Of a DNA stretch of 64,000 nt, positions 28,923 through 39,248 are shown piece by piece. The DNA is taken from the sequence record OP557969.1. One strand, 5' to 3'. The translations under genes were made by a program, and so were the position numbers. The notes beneath the pieces are model-generated. The model had not been told where the DNA came from, did not search any database, and worked only from the letters and a program-made list of their open reading frames with translations. The first letter of the stretch is position 1, and every line of letters starts with the position of its first letter.

Positions 28923-29612
28923 ATGAAGCGTAGGCATATTAGTGTTGATATTGAGTCTCTTGGTACTCCTGAAAATTCAGGATATGATATTATTATTCCA
29001 AATTACGCAGCAGTTGTTGTTCCAAATAAACCTGAAAATGATATCAGGAATTTTATATATGTTAAGTTGCCATACCAAGCACAAGTTAACGCTGGACTGA
29101 AATCAGATTCAGGTGCAATGGATTTCTGGATGAATACGTGTCAGAAAGAATATCCTAATGCATATGCAGAAGTTGCCAGTACTATGACTCTTCGTGCACC
29201 AGAATTGTACGGACCTAATGGTAAATCCAAACAAATCTTTACATCTAATAGTATTGTCGATTTCTGGAAAGATATCCGTTATGATATCTATGGTAAAGAG
29301 GTTGAACATTCAATTTGGGGAAATGGTTGTAACTTCGACTGTAGTATTTTACAAGCTAATCACTTAAAACTATTGAATGTTGGTGATTTATGGAAATATG
29401 ATGCACCAGAAAATGCACGAACATTAAAACGTTTATTGAATGAAGATGCTCGTACCGAAATGGATGAGATTGTGTCAGTGCAGTTAGCTAAATTCGTGAA
29501 GTATGCAGAACAATGTGGTATTAATGGTTTGGAATTACATCACCCTCTGTATGATGCAGCACGTGAAGCTATCCAAATCTCCTACTGTCTCAATAAACTT
29601 AAACTGGACTAA
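28923..29612 (+). CDS. DEDDh 3'-5' exonuclease (RNase AS / DUF5051-like)
   Basis: ISVDIESLG, WGNGCNFDCSIL, HHPLYDA. Confidence 0.8.
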   Translation: MKRRHISVDIESLGTPENSGYDIIIPNYAAVVVPNKPENDIRNFIYVKLPYQAQVNAGLKSDSGAMDFWMNTCQKEYPNAYAEVASTMTLRAPELYGPNGKSKQIFTSNSIVDFWKDIRYDIYGKEVEHSIWGNGCNFDCSILQANHLKLLNVGDLWKYDAPENARTLKRLLNEDARTEMDEIVSVQLAKFVKYAEQCGINGLELHHPLYDAAREAIQISYCLNKLKLD

Positions 29613-29615
29613 TAC

Positions 29616-30710
29616 ATGAATTTTATTATTCTGTTGATTCCTTCACTTATCGTTGTATTTGTTATGAAATACATGTATGATAAGCATATCAGTACTAAAG
29701 AACTGTTGATTCATATTGGTTGTTGTATAGTTGGGGCTGCTCTTGTGCTTGGTATCTCATATGCAATCAACTACAGCCAATTGTACGATGTAGAGATTCT
29801 AAATGGGCAGGTAACATCCAAATATAATCACAAGGAGTTTTGTACACAATCAAGCTCATGTAAGCATTACACGTGGCACGAGAAATGCAGAACTCGTTAT
29901 GATAGTAAGGGGAAATCCCATCGTGAATGTGAGTCCTATAAGGTATTTGATTATTCATACGAAGTTGACTGGTATGTAAAAAGTACTGTAGGGAAGTTTG
30001 AGATTGAGCGAGTAAACCGTCAGGGTACAATGACCCCTCCACGCTGGCAACAGGTTAACATTGGGGATTATGCTGCCGCAGAAAGTTCTTATATTAACTA
30101 TCTGTTCGCTGATAAAAACTCATTGTTTAGTCCTGATGAATTACATGAAATGTATGATGAGAAATATCTTAGTTCTTTACCAGAATATCCAAGTATTAAT
30201 GATTATTACATAACACATCATGTTATTAACAAAACAAATTATAATGTATATGGATATGAAGAATATTTACGTAACGTTTTGAAAACTATGGGTTCACGTA
30301 AAGAAGTCAATATCTTAGTTATTGTATACAATTATAAAGACAGTGATTTTGTTGATGCTACCTTAGCAAAGTGGCGTGGTGGTAAGAAGAATGATGTTAT
30401 TATGTTCTTTGGTATTGATGGTGATGGTAATATTATTAAATTTAACAGCACATCATTTGCCCAGGGAATGAAAAATGAAGGATTACATGCAAAGATGCGT
30501 ATGGACGCATTAAATGAAAAATTAACGATTGACTTATTAGCAATAGAAGTGCATAATATTGATACACAGTTCGTGAGACTCTCTAATAAAGAGTTTGAGT
30601 ACTTGTCTATTAAAATGGAACCACGCAAAGATGTTCTCATCGGTGCTTCTATTTTATTACTAATTATTTCTATTTTTATTGGCCTTTATATGAGGGATAA
30701 CGAATTATGA
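29616..30710 (+). CDS. Membrane protein with a TPM-like extracytoplasmic domain
   Basis: Two N-terminal TMs and one C-terminal TM; KWRGGKKNDVIMFFGID. Confidence 0.65.
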   Translation: MNFIILLIPSLIVVFVMKYMYDKHISTKELLIHIGCCIVGAALVLGISYAINYSQLYDVEILNGQVTSKYNHKEFCTQSSSCKHYTWHEKCRTRYDSKGKSHRECESYKVFDYSYEVDWYVKSTVGKFEIERVNRQGTMTPPRWQQVNIGDYAAAESSYINYLFADKNSLFSPDELHEMYDEKYLSSLPEYPSINDYYITHHVINKTNYNVYGYEEYLRNVLKTMGSRKEVNILVIVYNYKDSDFVDATLAKWRGGKKNDVIMFFGIDGDGNIIKFNSTSFAQGMKNEGLHAKMRMDALNEKLTIDLLAIEVHNIDTQFVRLSNKEFEYLSIKMEPRKDVLIGASILLLIISIFIGLYMRDNEL

Positions 30711-31261
30711 ATGGTAAAGTTTTTGCATTAATTGGTATTATTGTTGTATTTGGTCTTATGGTAATTGGGTCTATTAGCATGTATGTAGGAACATATGATC
30801 GTGCGGTGGAATTTGAAGGTAATATTCAAAAGTATTACGATGCTTCAGAAAGTCAATTAAGTACTTATACCCTTACAATCCAAGAAAAGGTTCAAGTATC
30901 AGATAAGTATAAAGATGCATTGAAAGAAACAATTGAATCGTATTTCAAAGGACGTGAAGGTGTTGACCAGAAATTTGTAATGTCACAGATTCAACAGCAG
31001 GTTCCAAATCTTGATCCTAAAATTTACCAGGAGCTTATGGTAACAATTGAATCAGGACGTACAAAGTTCAACAATCTTCAAAAAATGAAAATCGACCAAT
31101 GTACAGAATATTCCAAATTCCGCAAAGGATTCTGGAATTCCAAAATTCTTGATGTTAACACGTTTCCAAGTGAAAATATTGCACATCTTTGCACGGTAGT
31201 ATCAGATACCCGCACAAAGAAAGCAATGGATACTGGTATTCAAGAAGTAATTAAACTATAA
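30707..31261 (+). CDS. LemA-like membrane-anchored helical protein
   Basis: N-terminal TM followed by YDRAVEFEGNIQ and a helical bundle; coupled to the TPM-like gene. Confidence 0.55.
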   Translation: MNGKVFALIGIIVVFGLMVIGSISMYVGTYDRAVEFEGNIQKYYDASESQLSTYTLTIQEKVQVSDKYKDALKETIESYFKGREGVDQKFVMSQIQQQVPNLDPKIYQELMVTIESGRTKFNNLQKMKIDQCTEYSKFRKGFWNSKILDVNTFPSENIAHLCTVVSDTRTKKAMDTGIQEVIKL

Positions 31262-31310
31262 TCTAAATCTGGGAGTACAAAACGTACTCCCATTTTCTAT
31301 AGGGTTTATT

Positions 31311-31883
31311 ATGTTTTTAAAAAATACTTATGAATTAATTAAAATGCTTCAAAATATGAATTCTGGTGGTCTATTTCCGTATCATTCAGAGGATAAAACA
31401 CATCGTTTAGTTTTGAAATTGGATGAAACTGGACGTATTGCATCACTAAGAACGGTTATTCCCAATATGGAGCAAGTAATCACACAAACAACTCCGAAGT
31501 CAGGCACTGCTGTTAATACACCACAAACATATAATCCACAGATATATACTATTAGTTCTCCACCTATTACACGAGTTGCCTGTATTGTGAATATAAAAGT
31601 ATCTAAGGACTATCGTGACTTAATATCAGTTGAATGGTCAGAAATAACATCATCATTGGTAGCAAATGGGTTTGTAGTAACAAATACAGGTCTAGCACAA
31701 AATGTGAAAGAAGGACAGCAGATCATGAGTGCATTGTATATTAGTAATGGTTGTGTTATCATCAATGGCAAGTTGTATAGAGATACTGAACCTGATGCAT
31801 TCACTGAAGATTTGGTTGGTGAAAAAGAATACAGCATTCTGGAAATTATGAATTTGAAAAAGGTATATGAAAACGGTGTTTAG
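31311..31883 (+). CDS. Hypothetical protein
   Basis: ORF track. Confidence 0.65.
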   Translation: MFLKNTYELIKMLQNMNSGGLFPYHSEDKTHRLVLKLDETGRIASLRTVIPNMEQVITQTTPKSGTAVNTPQTYNPQIYTISSPPITRVACIVNIKVSKDYRDLISVEWSEITSSLVANGFVVTNTGLAQNVKEGQQIMSALYISNGCVIINGKLYRDTEPDAFTEDLVGEKEYSILEIMNLKKVYENGV

Positions 31884-32448
31884 ATTTCATCAAGATGATT
31901 TACCATTTATCCAAGAACTTGAGGAACTGGTAATAAGTACTATGGATGAAATTAGTACTTGGGATATAACCGTTTTTCGAAATGTATATGATAAAGTGGT
32001 GAATTTTAAAAATGTTAATATTGAAGTAAAGCATAATAATTTTTACTTAACGAAGCAATTCATTCTAACTCGTCCAGGACACAAACCTGTTAAGCGTAAT
32101 TTGTCATTCGGACACATCATTGGTACTGAAAAGGTATATGATGAATGGGTTGATTCAATCTATTCGTATACAAAAGAACTTATTCCAGATATTGAGAAAA
32201 GATATTATCTAAGTATCACATTAGATGAAAACGGAAATCTTAATGCGTATTCAATAAATTCTTCATCAAATGTTCCATTACATTCGGTGACGATTGGTGA
32301 TAAAAAATTACTAATAAATTCTGAAACATGGTATAATAGAGAAAATTTCGCAGCAGAAACATTTCAGTACTCTGTATCAGAACCAAAGTCACCTTTTGAC
32401 TTAGTTTTTGTTAATAATATTATTATACGTTATGGCGTAGGAGTGTAA
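31867..32448 (+). CDS. Hypothetical protein
   Basis: ORF track. Confidence 0.65.
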   Translation: MKTVFRFHQDDLPFIQELEELVISTMDEISTWDITVFRNVYDKVVNFKNVNIEVKHNNFYLTKQFILTRPGHKPVKRNLSFGHIIGTEKVYDEWVDSIYSYTKELIPDIEKRYYLSITLDENGNLNAYSINSSSNVPLHSVTIGDKKLLINSETWYNRENFAAETFQYSVSEPKSPFDLVFVNNIIIRYGVGV

Positions 32449-32450
32449 TT

Positions 32451-32801
32451 ATGCTAATATATTTAAGTGTGCTTGTTTTTTCGTTACTGTTGTCACTGAT
32501 TATTTTAAAAATTATTGCTATTGTTCGAAGTAAGATTGATTGTTCTGAAACTGGTTCAGTTATTGACTTGGTTCTTGATTATCCAAAGCGATGTGGTGTT
32601 ATTGTGTTAATTGTTCTCCTTATGAATACATACATCGTCAGAGAACATTTATATAATATGTATGATTGTAGTGTTCGTTCATTTTCACAAGGTGTGGACA
32701 CGGACTATAGTTGGTACTATAAGAAATGTCGATTTAAAAACCAACACGGTATTTGGGTTGATTTTGATAAATTACGTGGAACCCCTACTGGAGAAGAATA
32801 A
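32451..32801 (+). CDS. Hypothetical membrane protein
   Basis: ORF track; two hydrophobic segments; AGGAG RBS. Confidence 0.7.
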   Translation: MLIYLSVLVFSLLLSLIILKIIAIVRSKIDCSETGSVIDLVLDYPKRCGVIVLIVLLMNTYIVREHLYNMYDCSVRSFSQGVDTDYSWYYKKCRFKNQHGIWVDFDKLRGTPTGEE

Positions 32802-32803
32802 TT

Positions 32804-33295
32804 ATGTTTGTCTTCCCTGAAGAGTCATTTAATTTCATTGATCCTACAGATGATGGGTATAGACATATTAACATTTATAGTAAAGCCAGAACTAAGCTAG
32901 GTAGAGATCTATCTAATTTTTCTTCGTATAGCTTCACACTGGAACCATATGGGTGGTTCCCATCAGTTGAAACGTTTTACTTTTGGTTTTTAACTGGTCA
33001 AAAACATGATGATCTTAGAAAAGTATCTGGTGCAGCAGCAAAGGCTGCTGCTAACAAATATATGCATGATAGAATTATAATGACTGATGATTGTATCTCT
33101 ATTATTCAAGATGCAATTTGTGCTAAGATAATTCAAAACCCAGAGTTATCTGAAAGATTAAGAAAAAGCAAATTACCATTTTACCATTACTATGTTTATG
33201 GTGGGAAGGTTGTTGATGTATCTGATGAGCATGACTGGTTTGTTAAAACATTCGAAGATATAAGAATTGTTTTAAAGGAGAATCACAATGACTAA
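32804..33295 (+). CDS. NADAR-like (T4 gp30.3/YbiA-type) protein
   Basis: INIYSK..LGRDLSNF..F..FPSVETFY..SGAAAK..AKIIQNPELSERL. Confidence 0.6.
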   Translation: MFVFPEESFNFIDPTDDGYRHINIYSKARTKLGRDLSNFSSYSFTLEPYGWFPSVETFYFWFLTGQKHDDLRKVSGAAAKAAANKYMHDRIIMTDDCISIIQDAICAKIIQNPELSERLRKSKLPFYHYYVYGGKVVDVSDEHDWFVKTFEDIRIVLKENHND

Positions 33296-33566
33296 ATGTT
33301 GGGTATGTTGTAAGCATTTCGATGAAGAATATGATATTTCTTTGGATGTATACCATCAGCAATACATGATATCATCGGGAAAATATAAACTAGATACCTT
33401 CCCAACTCCTAAGTATATGGGGATTTGTCCATTGTGTAATGGGAATGGTGTATTAGACATTGTTATTGAATTCACAAATACACAAACTACTGATTGTGTT
33501 GCCGCATATATAAGAGATAATCTTGATTTTTTCACTAGGAGATTATATGAACGAGAAAATATTTAA
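33288..33566 (+). CDS. Small Zn-binding protein
   Basis: CWVC and CPLC. Confidence 0.65.
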   Translation: MTKCWVCCKHFDEEYDISLDVYHQQYMISSGKYKLDTFPTPKYMGICPLCNGNGVLDIVIEFTNTQTTDCVAAYIRDNLDFFTRRLYERENI

Positions 33567-33783
33567 TTCATATAATATGGAAGATTTACTAATACCATCC
33601 GAGAACAGTACTGTTAAGATGCAAATGTATTGGTTAGTAAAAGATGGTAAAGTATTTCAACACAAAGTTACAAAAGTATGGCAATGTAACAAAAACAAGT
33701 CAATAGTTGATACACTAGCAACTGCATTTCCAGGGGTGGAGGTTGTATTTTTACCAGTTGCTTATATTAAGGAAATAAAATGA
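33523..33783 (+). CDS. Hypothetical protein (likely start 33547)
   Basis: ORF track. Confidence 0.65.
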   Translation: MIFSLGDYMNEKIFNSYNMEDLLIPSENSTVKMQMYWLVKDGKVFQHKVTKVWQCNKNKSIVDTLATAFPGVEVVFLPVAYIKEIK

Positions 33784-33943
33784 AAAAAACATGGACAATA
33801 TTCGTAATACCTATTATAATGTTGTTATTGGTAATCACGGTTCCACAAGTATACGTTGTTGCTTTGAATGTGGTGGAAATTATTCTTCTTGTAATTCATT
33901 GCCTTGTGTGTTATTACTACGTAAAATGGGATGATAAAAAAAT

Positions 33944-34366
33944 ATGAAGTACTATCGAATTCGAGTTGGTGTAAGCTCAGGTTTTAGTAATTGGGTATAT
34001 TATGATTTGCCTGATAGCTATACCGTAGAAGATGTAATTAACTTATATTATGAAGAAGAGACATGGGTACTCAGTACTGAAACACATAGTGTAGTGTGTG
34101 AAGAGCTATGTGCCGAAGATTACAAGCACTGTGTCCAAGCAATGAAGTATTACAGTAAAGAAGTGAAGATGTTATCTGAAAACATTTTTCCGGTAAAAGA
34201 ATGGGCAATTTTACTTGCAAATCCTAACAAACCTGTTAGAATTGGTTATCCAAACAATCATATGGTTTATCGAATGAATAACAAACGTGAGCTAAGTTAT
34301 CAGTATGATTACAGTGCTTCTAAGTTTGGAGTTCTACCACAATTTAAAAAGGCTTATCCAGTATGA
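33944..34366 (+). CDS. Hypothetical protein
   Basis: ORF track. Confidence 0.65.
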   Translation: MKYYRIRVGVSSGFSNWVYYDLPDSYTVEDVINLYYEEETWVLSTETHSVVCEELCAEDYKHCVQAMKYYSKEVKMLSENIFPVKEWAILLANPNKPVRIGYPNNHMVYRMNNKRELSYQYDYSASKFGVLPQFKKAYPV

Positions 34367-34698
34367 GCAATGACAGCAAAGAATTTATAGTACGTTGTAG
34401 TTGTGGTGATAATACTGAACATTGTATTCACATTGCACAATATGACTTGACACAAGAAGATGGAGATGGTAAACTTGGTCAATGTTTGGTGAGTATGCGT
34501 TTGAATCCTTTCTTAAAATGGCACAAACGTATATTGGTTGGGTTGAAGTATATTTTCGGTGTAAACGATTTTCAATACAAAGAAGCAATGATTGATGTTG
34601 ACATTCTGAAAGAAGTTGTGTTACAATTAGAAGACACCCGTCCCGATGAGGTAAAGAAAGAAGAAAGAGATAAACGTAGTGATGTGAAGGTTTTATGA
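34363..34698 (+). CDS. Hypothetical protein
   Basis: ORF track; ATGA coupling; CSC..HC motif. Confidence 0.7.
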   Translation: MSNDSKEFIVRCSCGDNTEHCIHIAQYDLTQEDGDGKLGQCLVSMRLNPFLKWHKRILVGLKYIFGVNDFQYKEAMIDVDILKEVVLQLEDTRPDEVKKEERDKRSDVKVL

Positions 34699-34889
34699 GT
34701 ACTGAACTTTATGAAAAAAAGTACTGTACAAATTGCTCAACTGAGTATACAATACAAGGTATGTTAATTTGTACAATATGTAAGTCAAAAGAATCAGCTA
34801 CATTCATAGTTGATGATAGATTTAGTGATTTAAAACAGTTTAAAGCAAACCGCAATCTTCGTATTTTTAGCAATCTAAATAAGGAATAA
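34695..34889 (+). CDS. Small Zn-ribbon protein
   Basis: CTNC and CTIC. Confidence 0.65.
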   Translation: MSTELYEKKYCTNCSTEYTIQGMLICTICKSKESATFIVDDRFSDLKQFKANRNLRIFSNLNKE

Positions 34890-34895
34890 CATTTT

Positions 34896-35324
34896 ATGAA
34901 TATCGAACAAATCATCCGTAATCATTCTTTCTTCGCCCCAGAGACTGGTCGTGTAATTGAGAATGTCAAAATCGAAGAACTTATGGTGAATGTTAAATAC
35001 AAAGAACCAAATGATGAGATTAGTAGCACTTTTTGTGCACTTCGTGCACCATTCCGCAATGAAAAAGCAAAAAAACCAGCATATGTTCTTGCAATTGCTT
35101 TAGGATGTGTTGTTAAACTTGCAGTTGATGAAAATATTATTAATATCAAAGTCGCCCCTACCAATGACGAAGAAAACATTGATTTGAACTTTGATGGTAA
35201 TCTCGACGAAGATGTATTTTTTCAACAGTCACTTGTTTATGACTTCCGTACCGTGACATATTCACATATTAACTTCGTCAATGAAATGGTTGATATTGTA
35301 GCCAAATATGAAGAATCTCTATAA
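34896..35324 (+). CDS. EExxFQxS-family paralog
   Basis: DEDVFFQQSLVYD. Confidence 0.75.
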   Translation: MNIEQIIRNHSFFAPETGRVIENVKIEELMVNVKYKEPNDEISSTFCALRAPFRNEKAKKPAYVLAIALGCVVKLAVDENIINIKVAPTNDEENIDLNFDGNLDEDVFFQQSLVYDFRTVTYSHINFVNEMVDIVAKYEESL

Positions 35325-35381
35325 TTAAATCATAAAAGCCTCCATGTTGGAGGCTTTTCTCACATAAGGAAATGAAGAAAT

Positions 35382-35933
35382 ATGATTGAACAAATTAATA
35401 TTCTCACACAACAAATTACCGACTTTCTCTCAGATAAAGAAGGTTTCAAAACTGAAGTGAAAATGCACGGCGTTAGTCTTGATGTAATTTCACCAGATGG
35501 AAATGTTACAAATTATGATATGTACGAATTGTTTCTTTACACTTTAGCAGTACGTAAACTAGGAAGTGACATTGAACTAAACATTAACACTGATAGTGAT
35601 GGAAATAAAATTTTTGCAATCAATACAAGTGCTAAGTATGATGTTAGTGCAGAAATTAAAAAAATTAACGATAGCTTTGTTGGTTTCACCCATGATTCAA
35701 TTCAAGGTGTTTTTGTAGGTAAACAAACTTCATCAAGTCAATGTCCATTTTGTATTATGACTTTATATAAAAATGGTGATTGGATGCGACAAGACTTGGT
35801 ATATGCTGAAATGTTGTATGCATTTACACATGGTCTAGAAATTGAATTAGATGATAGTGCTTTTTGCTTTAAGAAAATCCGAAAACTCACAAATGATATT
35901 CAAAAGCAACTTAAAGAATTAAATGATAAATAA
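35382..35933 (+). CDS. Hypothetical protein
   Basis: ORF track; follows the terminator at 35335-35360. Confidence 0.7.
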   Translation: MIEQINILTQQITDFLSDKEGFKTEVKMHGVSLDVISPDGNVTNYDMYELFLYTLAVRKLGSDIELNINTDSDGNKIFAINTSAKYDVSAEIKKINDSFVGFTHDSIQGVFVGKQTSSSQCPFCIMTLYKNGDWMRQDLVYAEMLYAFTHGLEIELDDSAFCFKKIRKLTNDIQKQLKELNDK

Positions 35934-36090
35934 ATGTACCAGAAGTGGTTAACATATCATGTTATTTTCCTCCCTTACATAATAATGATGCGTTATTAGA
36001 TTTTCATTTTATTATTTCTTTTTTGTACAAAATCATATTAGTACTGCCCCGTATATCGGGGCATTTTATTATCTAAAATATGGTGATTTT

Positions 36091-36482
36091 ATGAAAAACA
36101 TTGGCTCTTCTATACAAAAAGACCTTTCATTTTACCTTAATAAATTCAGAAGTATAAATGGTAATAAATTTAATAGTATCTATCAGTTCACACATAAAGA
36201 ATATATTACTATTGATCCCTTTTCAAAAAACTGATGTATGTTAATGATAATAATTATAGTGTTAAATTATCATTCGATATTGTGTTGGATAAATTAACAT
36301 TTACGGAATACACTACCAATAAAACTTCATTTTTACACAAGTATAATAGAAAGGTATATAATCATATTTCTAGTTATTTAAATGAAGAATATTACTTTCA
36401 ACAATCTACAATAGAAAAAGTATTATTCAGTACTGAAGAATTAAAAGAATTATATTATTGGTATGAGAAATTTACATCTTGA
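36091..36482 (+). pseudogene. EExxFQxS-family paralog split by a -1 frameshift at A-AAA-AAC-TGA (36225-36234)
   Basis: 47-aa ORF from 36091 stops at 36234; the -1 frame (track ORF 36234..36482) carries NEEYYFQQSTIE; the joined product is ~130 aa like its paralogs. Confidence 0.55.
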
Positions 36483-36537
36483 CATTATGGTGGTTTCATC
36501 TTACAATACAAGATAATGATGCGTTGAGGACAAATTC

Positions 36538-36948
36538 ATGAGTATAGATTTACACAATGAACTACAATATTTTTTTGATTTGGATATATCACGTTTGAAC
36601 AGACATGTCAATCATATATCCAGAACTATATGGTGGTCTGATGAGGCTGATGAACCAAGGATTCAGATTTGTGATAATTTGTCAGTTTTAAGATTGTATG
36701 TTCTTGATACCGAAATGAATATTATGATAACATACGTACCACCCACAAACAAACTTCTAATCAACACACTAAACCCAGATACAGTACTGAAAATTTTTGA
36801 TTTGGATACGATACAGTCAAGCGAAACACTATTCCAACGTTCATTGGTTGATGATCTAGGGGGTATTTCTTTTGACGATATATTAAAATTGAAGAAGATG
36901 TATAATGAATTATTAGAGATTAAAAATACCGTTCTAATGGGGATTTAA
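36538..36948 (+). CDS. EExxFQxS-family paralog
   Basis: SSETLFQRSLVDD. Confidence 0.75.
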   Translation: MSIDLHNELQYFFDLDISRLNRHVNHISRTIWWSDEADEPRIQICDNLSVLRLYVLDTEMNIMITYVPPTNKLLINTLNPDTVLKIFDLDTIQSSETLFQRSLVDDLGGISFDDILKLKKMYNELLEIKNTVLMGI

Positions 36949-36949
36949 T

Positions 36950-37354
36950 ATGGTAAGTTTATTAGATATTGATAATACTAGTCTGGTTCTGGTGAAAAAA
37001 GGATTAATTCCAAATTCTAACAAGATTGATTATGCTGTTATTGAAACAAATATTGGGAATATCTGGTACGACTCTGAAAGAGACATTGTGTTTAGCTGTG
37101 TAGATAGTGATCGTTCTGAGTGCTGTAGGGTTGGGCATGACGGACAATTTATTTTCGAATTTCGTTTCTGGAAAGATTCCAGATTTCACCAGGAGCATGT
37201 TTCAATTACAAATGTAAATTGTAATGAAGAATCATTCTTCATGGAAAGTACTATTAATGATTTTGGCTCAGTTACTTTTGAGTACTATAAAAAAGTATAT
37301 AACTTGTACAGAGAAGTAATTCGAATCATAAGAACCTCTGAGGGTCAAGATTAA
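36950..37354 (+). CDS. EExxFQxS-family paralog
   Basis: NEESFFMESTIND. Confidence 0.75.
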   Translation: MVSLLDIDNTSLVLVKKGLIPNSNKIDYAVIETNIGNIWYDSERDIVFSCVDSDRSECCRVGHDGQFIFEFRFWKDSRFHQEHVSITNVNCNEESFFMESTINDFGSVTFEYYKKVYNLYREVIRIIRTSEGQD

Positions 37355-37355
37355 T

Positions 37356-37733
37356 ATGACTACTACCATATATAATATTTTAGGTAACTTGAATAAAAAC
37401 ATAGATAATGATTTTGTTATAGTTGAAAACACTAAAAATATAATTCATCTACCATTGGGTACACCAGATAGGTTAATTTTTAACATATACGCTAACACAC
37501 TGACATACATACACGATGGTATGGTTATCGTTGTGCTTGATATTAAAGAAAATACAATACGATATGCATATGACTTTAACGTTTATTGGTCAAGAACTCA
37601 TAGTATTGATATTGAGGAAGATGAACTTTTTCAATTATCGTTAATTGAGAAAAATGTAATAGGAGTTACCGAGATTGGTATTGTTAAAAAAGCTTTGGAA
37701 TATGCAAATAAAAAAATAAATGGCGAACTATGA
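37356..37733 (+). CDS. EExxFQxS-family paralog
   Basis: EEDELFQLSLIE. Confidence 0.75.
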   Translation: MTTTIYNILGNLNKNIDNDFVIVENTKNIIHLPLGTPDRLIFNIYANTLTYIHDGMVIVVLDIKENTIRYAYDFNVYWSRTHSIDIEEDELFQLSLIEKNVIGVTEIGIVKKALEYANKKINGEL

Positions 37734-38194
37734 TGAACATTGAGGAAATAAAAAATCATTTTGAAATTGCATTGTCTTGTGATTTTGATAGTTGTTATGT
37801 TACTGAACCAGAAGATATAATTAGAATTTCCACATCGTTTTCAGAAGAATACAATATACTCATTGAGAAATCATATGACAGAACCGAACTCTCATTTTAC
37901 AATAAGGATTTACGAACAACATCATTTATATTATTATATAACACAACATCGGATATAATAGAGATTATAACAAGTAAAACAGGTAAAACAAGTAAAGATG
38001 TACATTATGAGACTATACCAAATGTAAGTTATTGTTCAACAGAAGAAGGATACTTCCAGGAATCACTTATTAAAAATTTATCAGTTAGCTATTCTGATTT
38101 AAGCATTATAGTCAATTATGTGGAAAAGTTAAATGATTTCGTTCTATCGATGTTTGATATCACTGAGCAAAAACCAAAGGAAATCAAATGTTAA
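37730..38194 (+). CDS. EExxFQxS-family paralog
   Basis: TEEGYFQESLIK. Confidence 0.75.
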   Translation: MMNIEEIKNHFEIALSCDFDSCYVTEPEDIIRISTSFSEEYNILIEKSYDRTELSFYNKDLRTTSFILLYNTTSDIIEIITSKTGKTSKDVHYETIPNVSYCSTEEGYFQESLIKNLSVSYSDLSIIVNYVEKLNDFVLSMFDITEQKPKEIKC

Positions 38195-38643
38195 ATCCTG
38201 GACATTTTTTTCATTTACTGGACATTACACCTATACCCGATTTGATCAGCGAGACTAATCATTATCGTGATATTGGAATTGTATCAATGGAATATGATTC
38301 ACCTGACTTTAAATGTTACGTAACATACGATCAGGTGGCTTATGAGTCAGAGCCTGAGATTAAAAAACCATCATATATTTTTGTGTTCATATATAATGAT
38401 TATAGTGGTGATGTACTGAATGATGTTCATATTGACACATTTGAAATATGTGGTAATATTATATCAGATGATTCAGCATCCACATTTGATTTGGAATTAA
38501 ACAGTACTGAAGAGTCACTTTTTCAGTTGAGTACTATATGTGATACTATATTAACTCTAGATGACATTGAGAAATTTAAAGAACAGCTTGACGCAGTTCG
38601 TGAGATGTTCTATAATCATTATCCAGAAGTAGAGTTCAATTAA
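38188..38643 (+). CDS. EExxFQxS-family paralog
   Basis: TEESLFQLSTICD. Confidence 0.75.
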   Translation: MLNPGHFFHLLDITPIPDLISETNHYRDIGIVSMEYDSPDFKCYVTYDQVAYESEPEIKKPSYIFVFIYNDYSGDVLNDVHIDTFEICGNIISDDSASTFDLELNSTEESLFQLSTICDTILTLDDIEKFKEQLDAVREMFYNHYPEVEFN

Positions 38644-38657
38644 CTAAAGGTAATAAA

Positions 38658-38918
38658 ATGACAAAAGTAGTTCGTAAACGCCACATGATGAATATGGATG
38701 AATTTCGTACATTTGACAAATATCGTACTATGTTTCGTATGCTGTCACAGGGTCGCCCAATCGTCATTGTAACAGAGAATTACATGTCACCTGAGATTAT
38801 GTTTGGTAATTACGAAAAGGTCTTCATGTTGTACGTGAAGCGTGGATTGCTTACAATCAAGACATTAGCTGAAGCAACTGATGATGATATGGATGGAGAT
38901 AATACCTTTACCATGTGA
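38658..38918 (+). CDS. Hypothetical protein
   Basis: ORF track; AAGG RBS. Confidence 0.7.
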   Translation: MTKVVRKRHMMNMDEFRTFDKYRTMFRMLSQGRPIVIVTENYMSPEIMFGNYEKVFMLYVKRGLLTIKTLAEATDDDMDGDNTFTM

Positions 38919-38926
38919 GGAAATAT

Positions 38927-39004
38927 ATGTCTGAAAAACCAAAAGAACCTTTAGATCGTGATGATGATTTTTATGACGAACGATATGGAGATGATAATGA
39001 GTAA
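38927..39004 (+). CDS. 25-aa acidic microprotein
   Basis: GAGG RBS; MSEKPKEPLDRDDDFYDERYGDDNE. Confidence 0.5.
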   Translation: MSEKPKEPLDRDDDFYDERYGDDNE

Positions 39005-39248
39005 AAATAGTGCGGTGCTTAAAAAGATTTTAAAGGAAATTGATGGTGAATTTAATGTCACAGAAGAAGAATATCAGCATTGGAAGAAAGATTTCGAACA
39101 ACTAACCGAGTATGATAAAGTGTTCAATATGATTGGCGTAATTAGCCAGTACTTACTTGGTGGAGGACGTGCAAGTGCTTCAATTCTGGCATCTGCAATC
39201 ATCTGCACATCACGATGGTGTGATGAAAAAAGTTTGGAAGATTTCTAA
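38997..39248 (+). CDS. Hypothetical protein
   Basis: Track ORF 38958..39248; GGAG RBS favours ATG 38997. Confidence 0.65.
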   Translation: MSKNSAVLKKILKEIDGEFNVTEEEYQHWKKDFEQLTEYDKVFNMIGVISQYLLGGGRASASILASAIICTSRWCDEKSLEDF

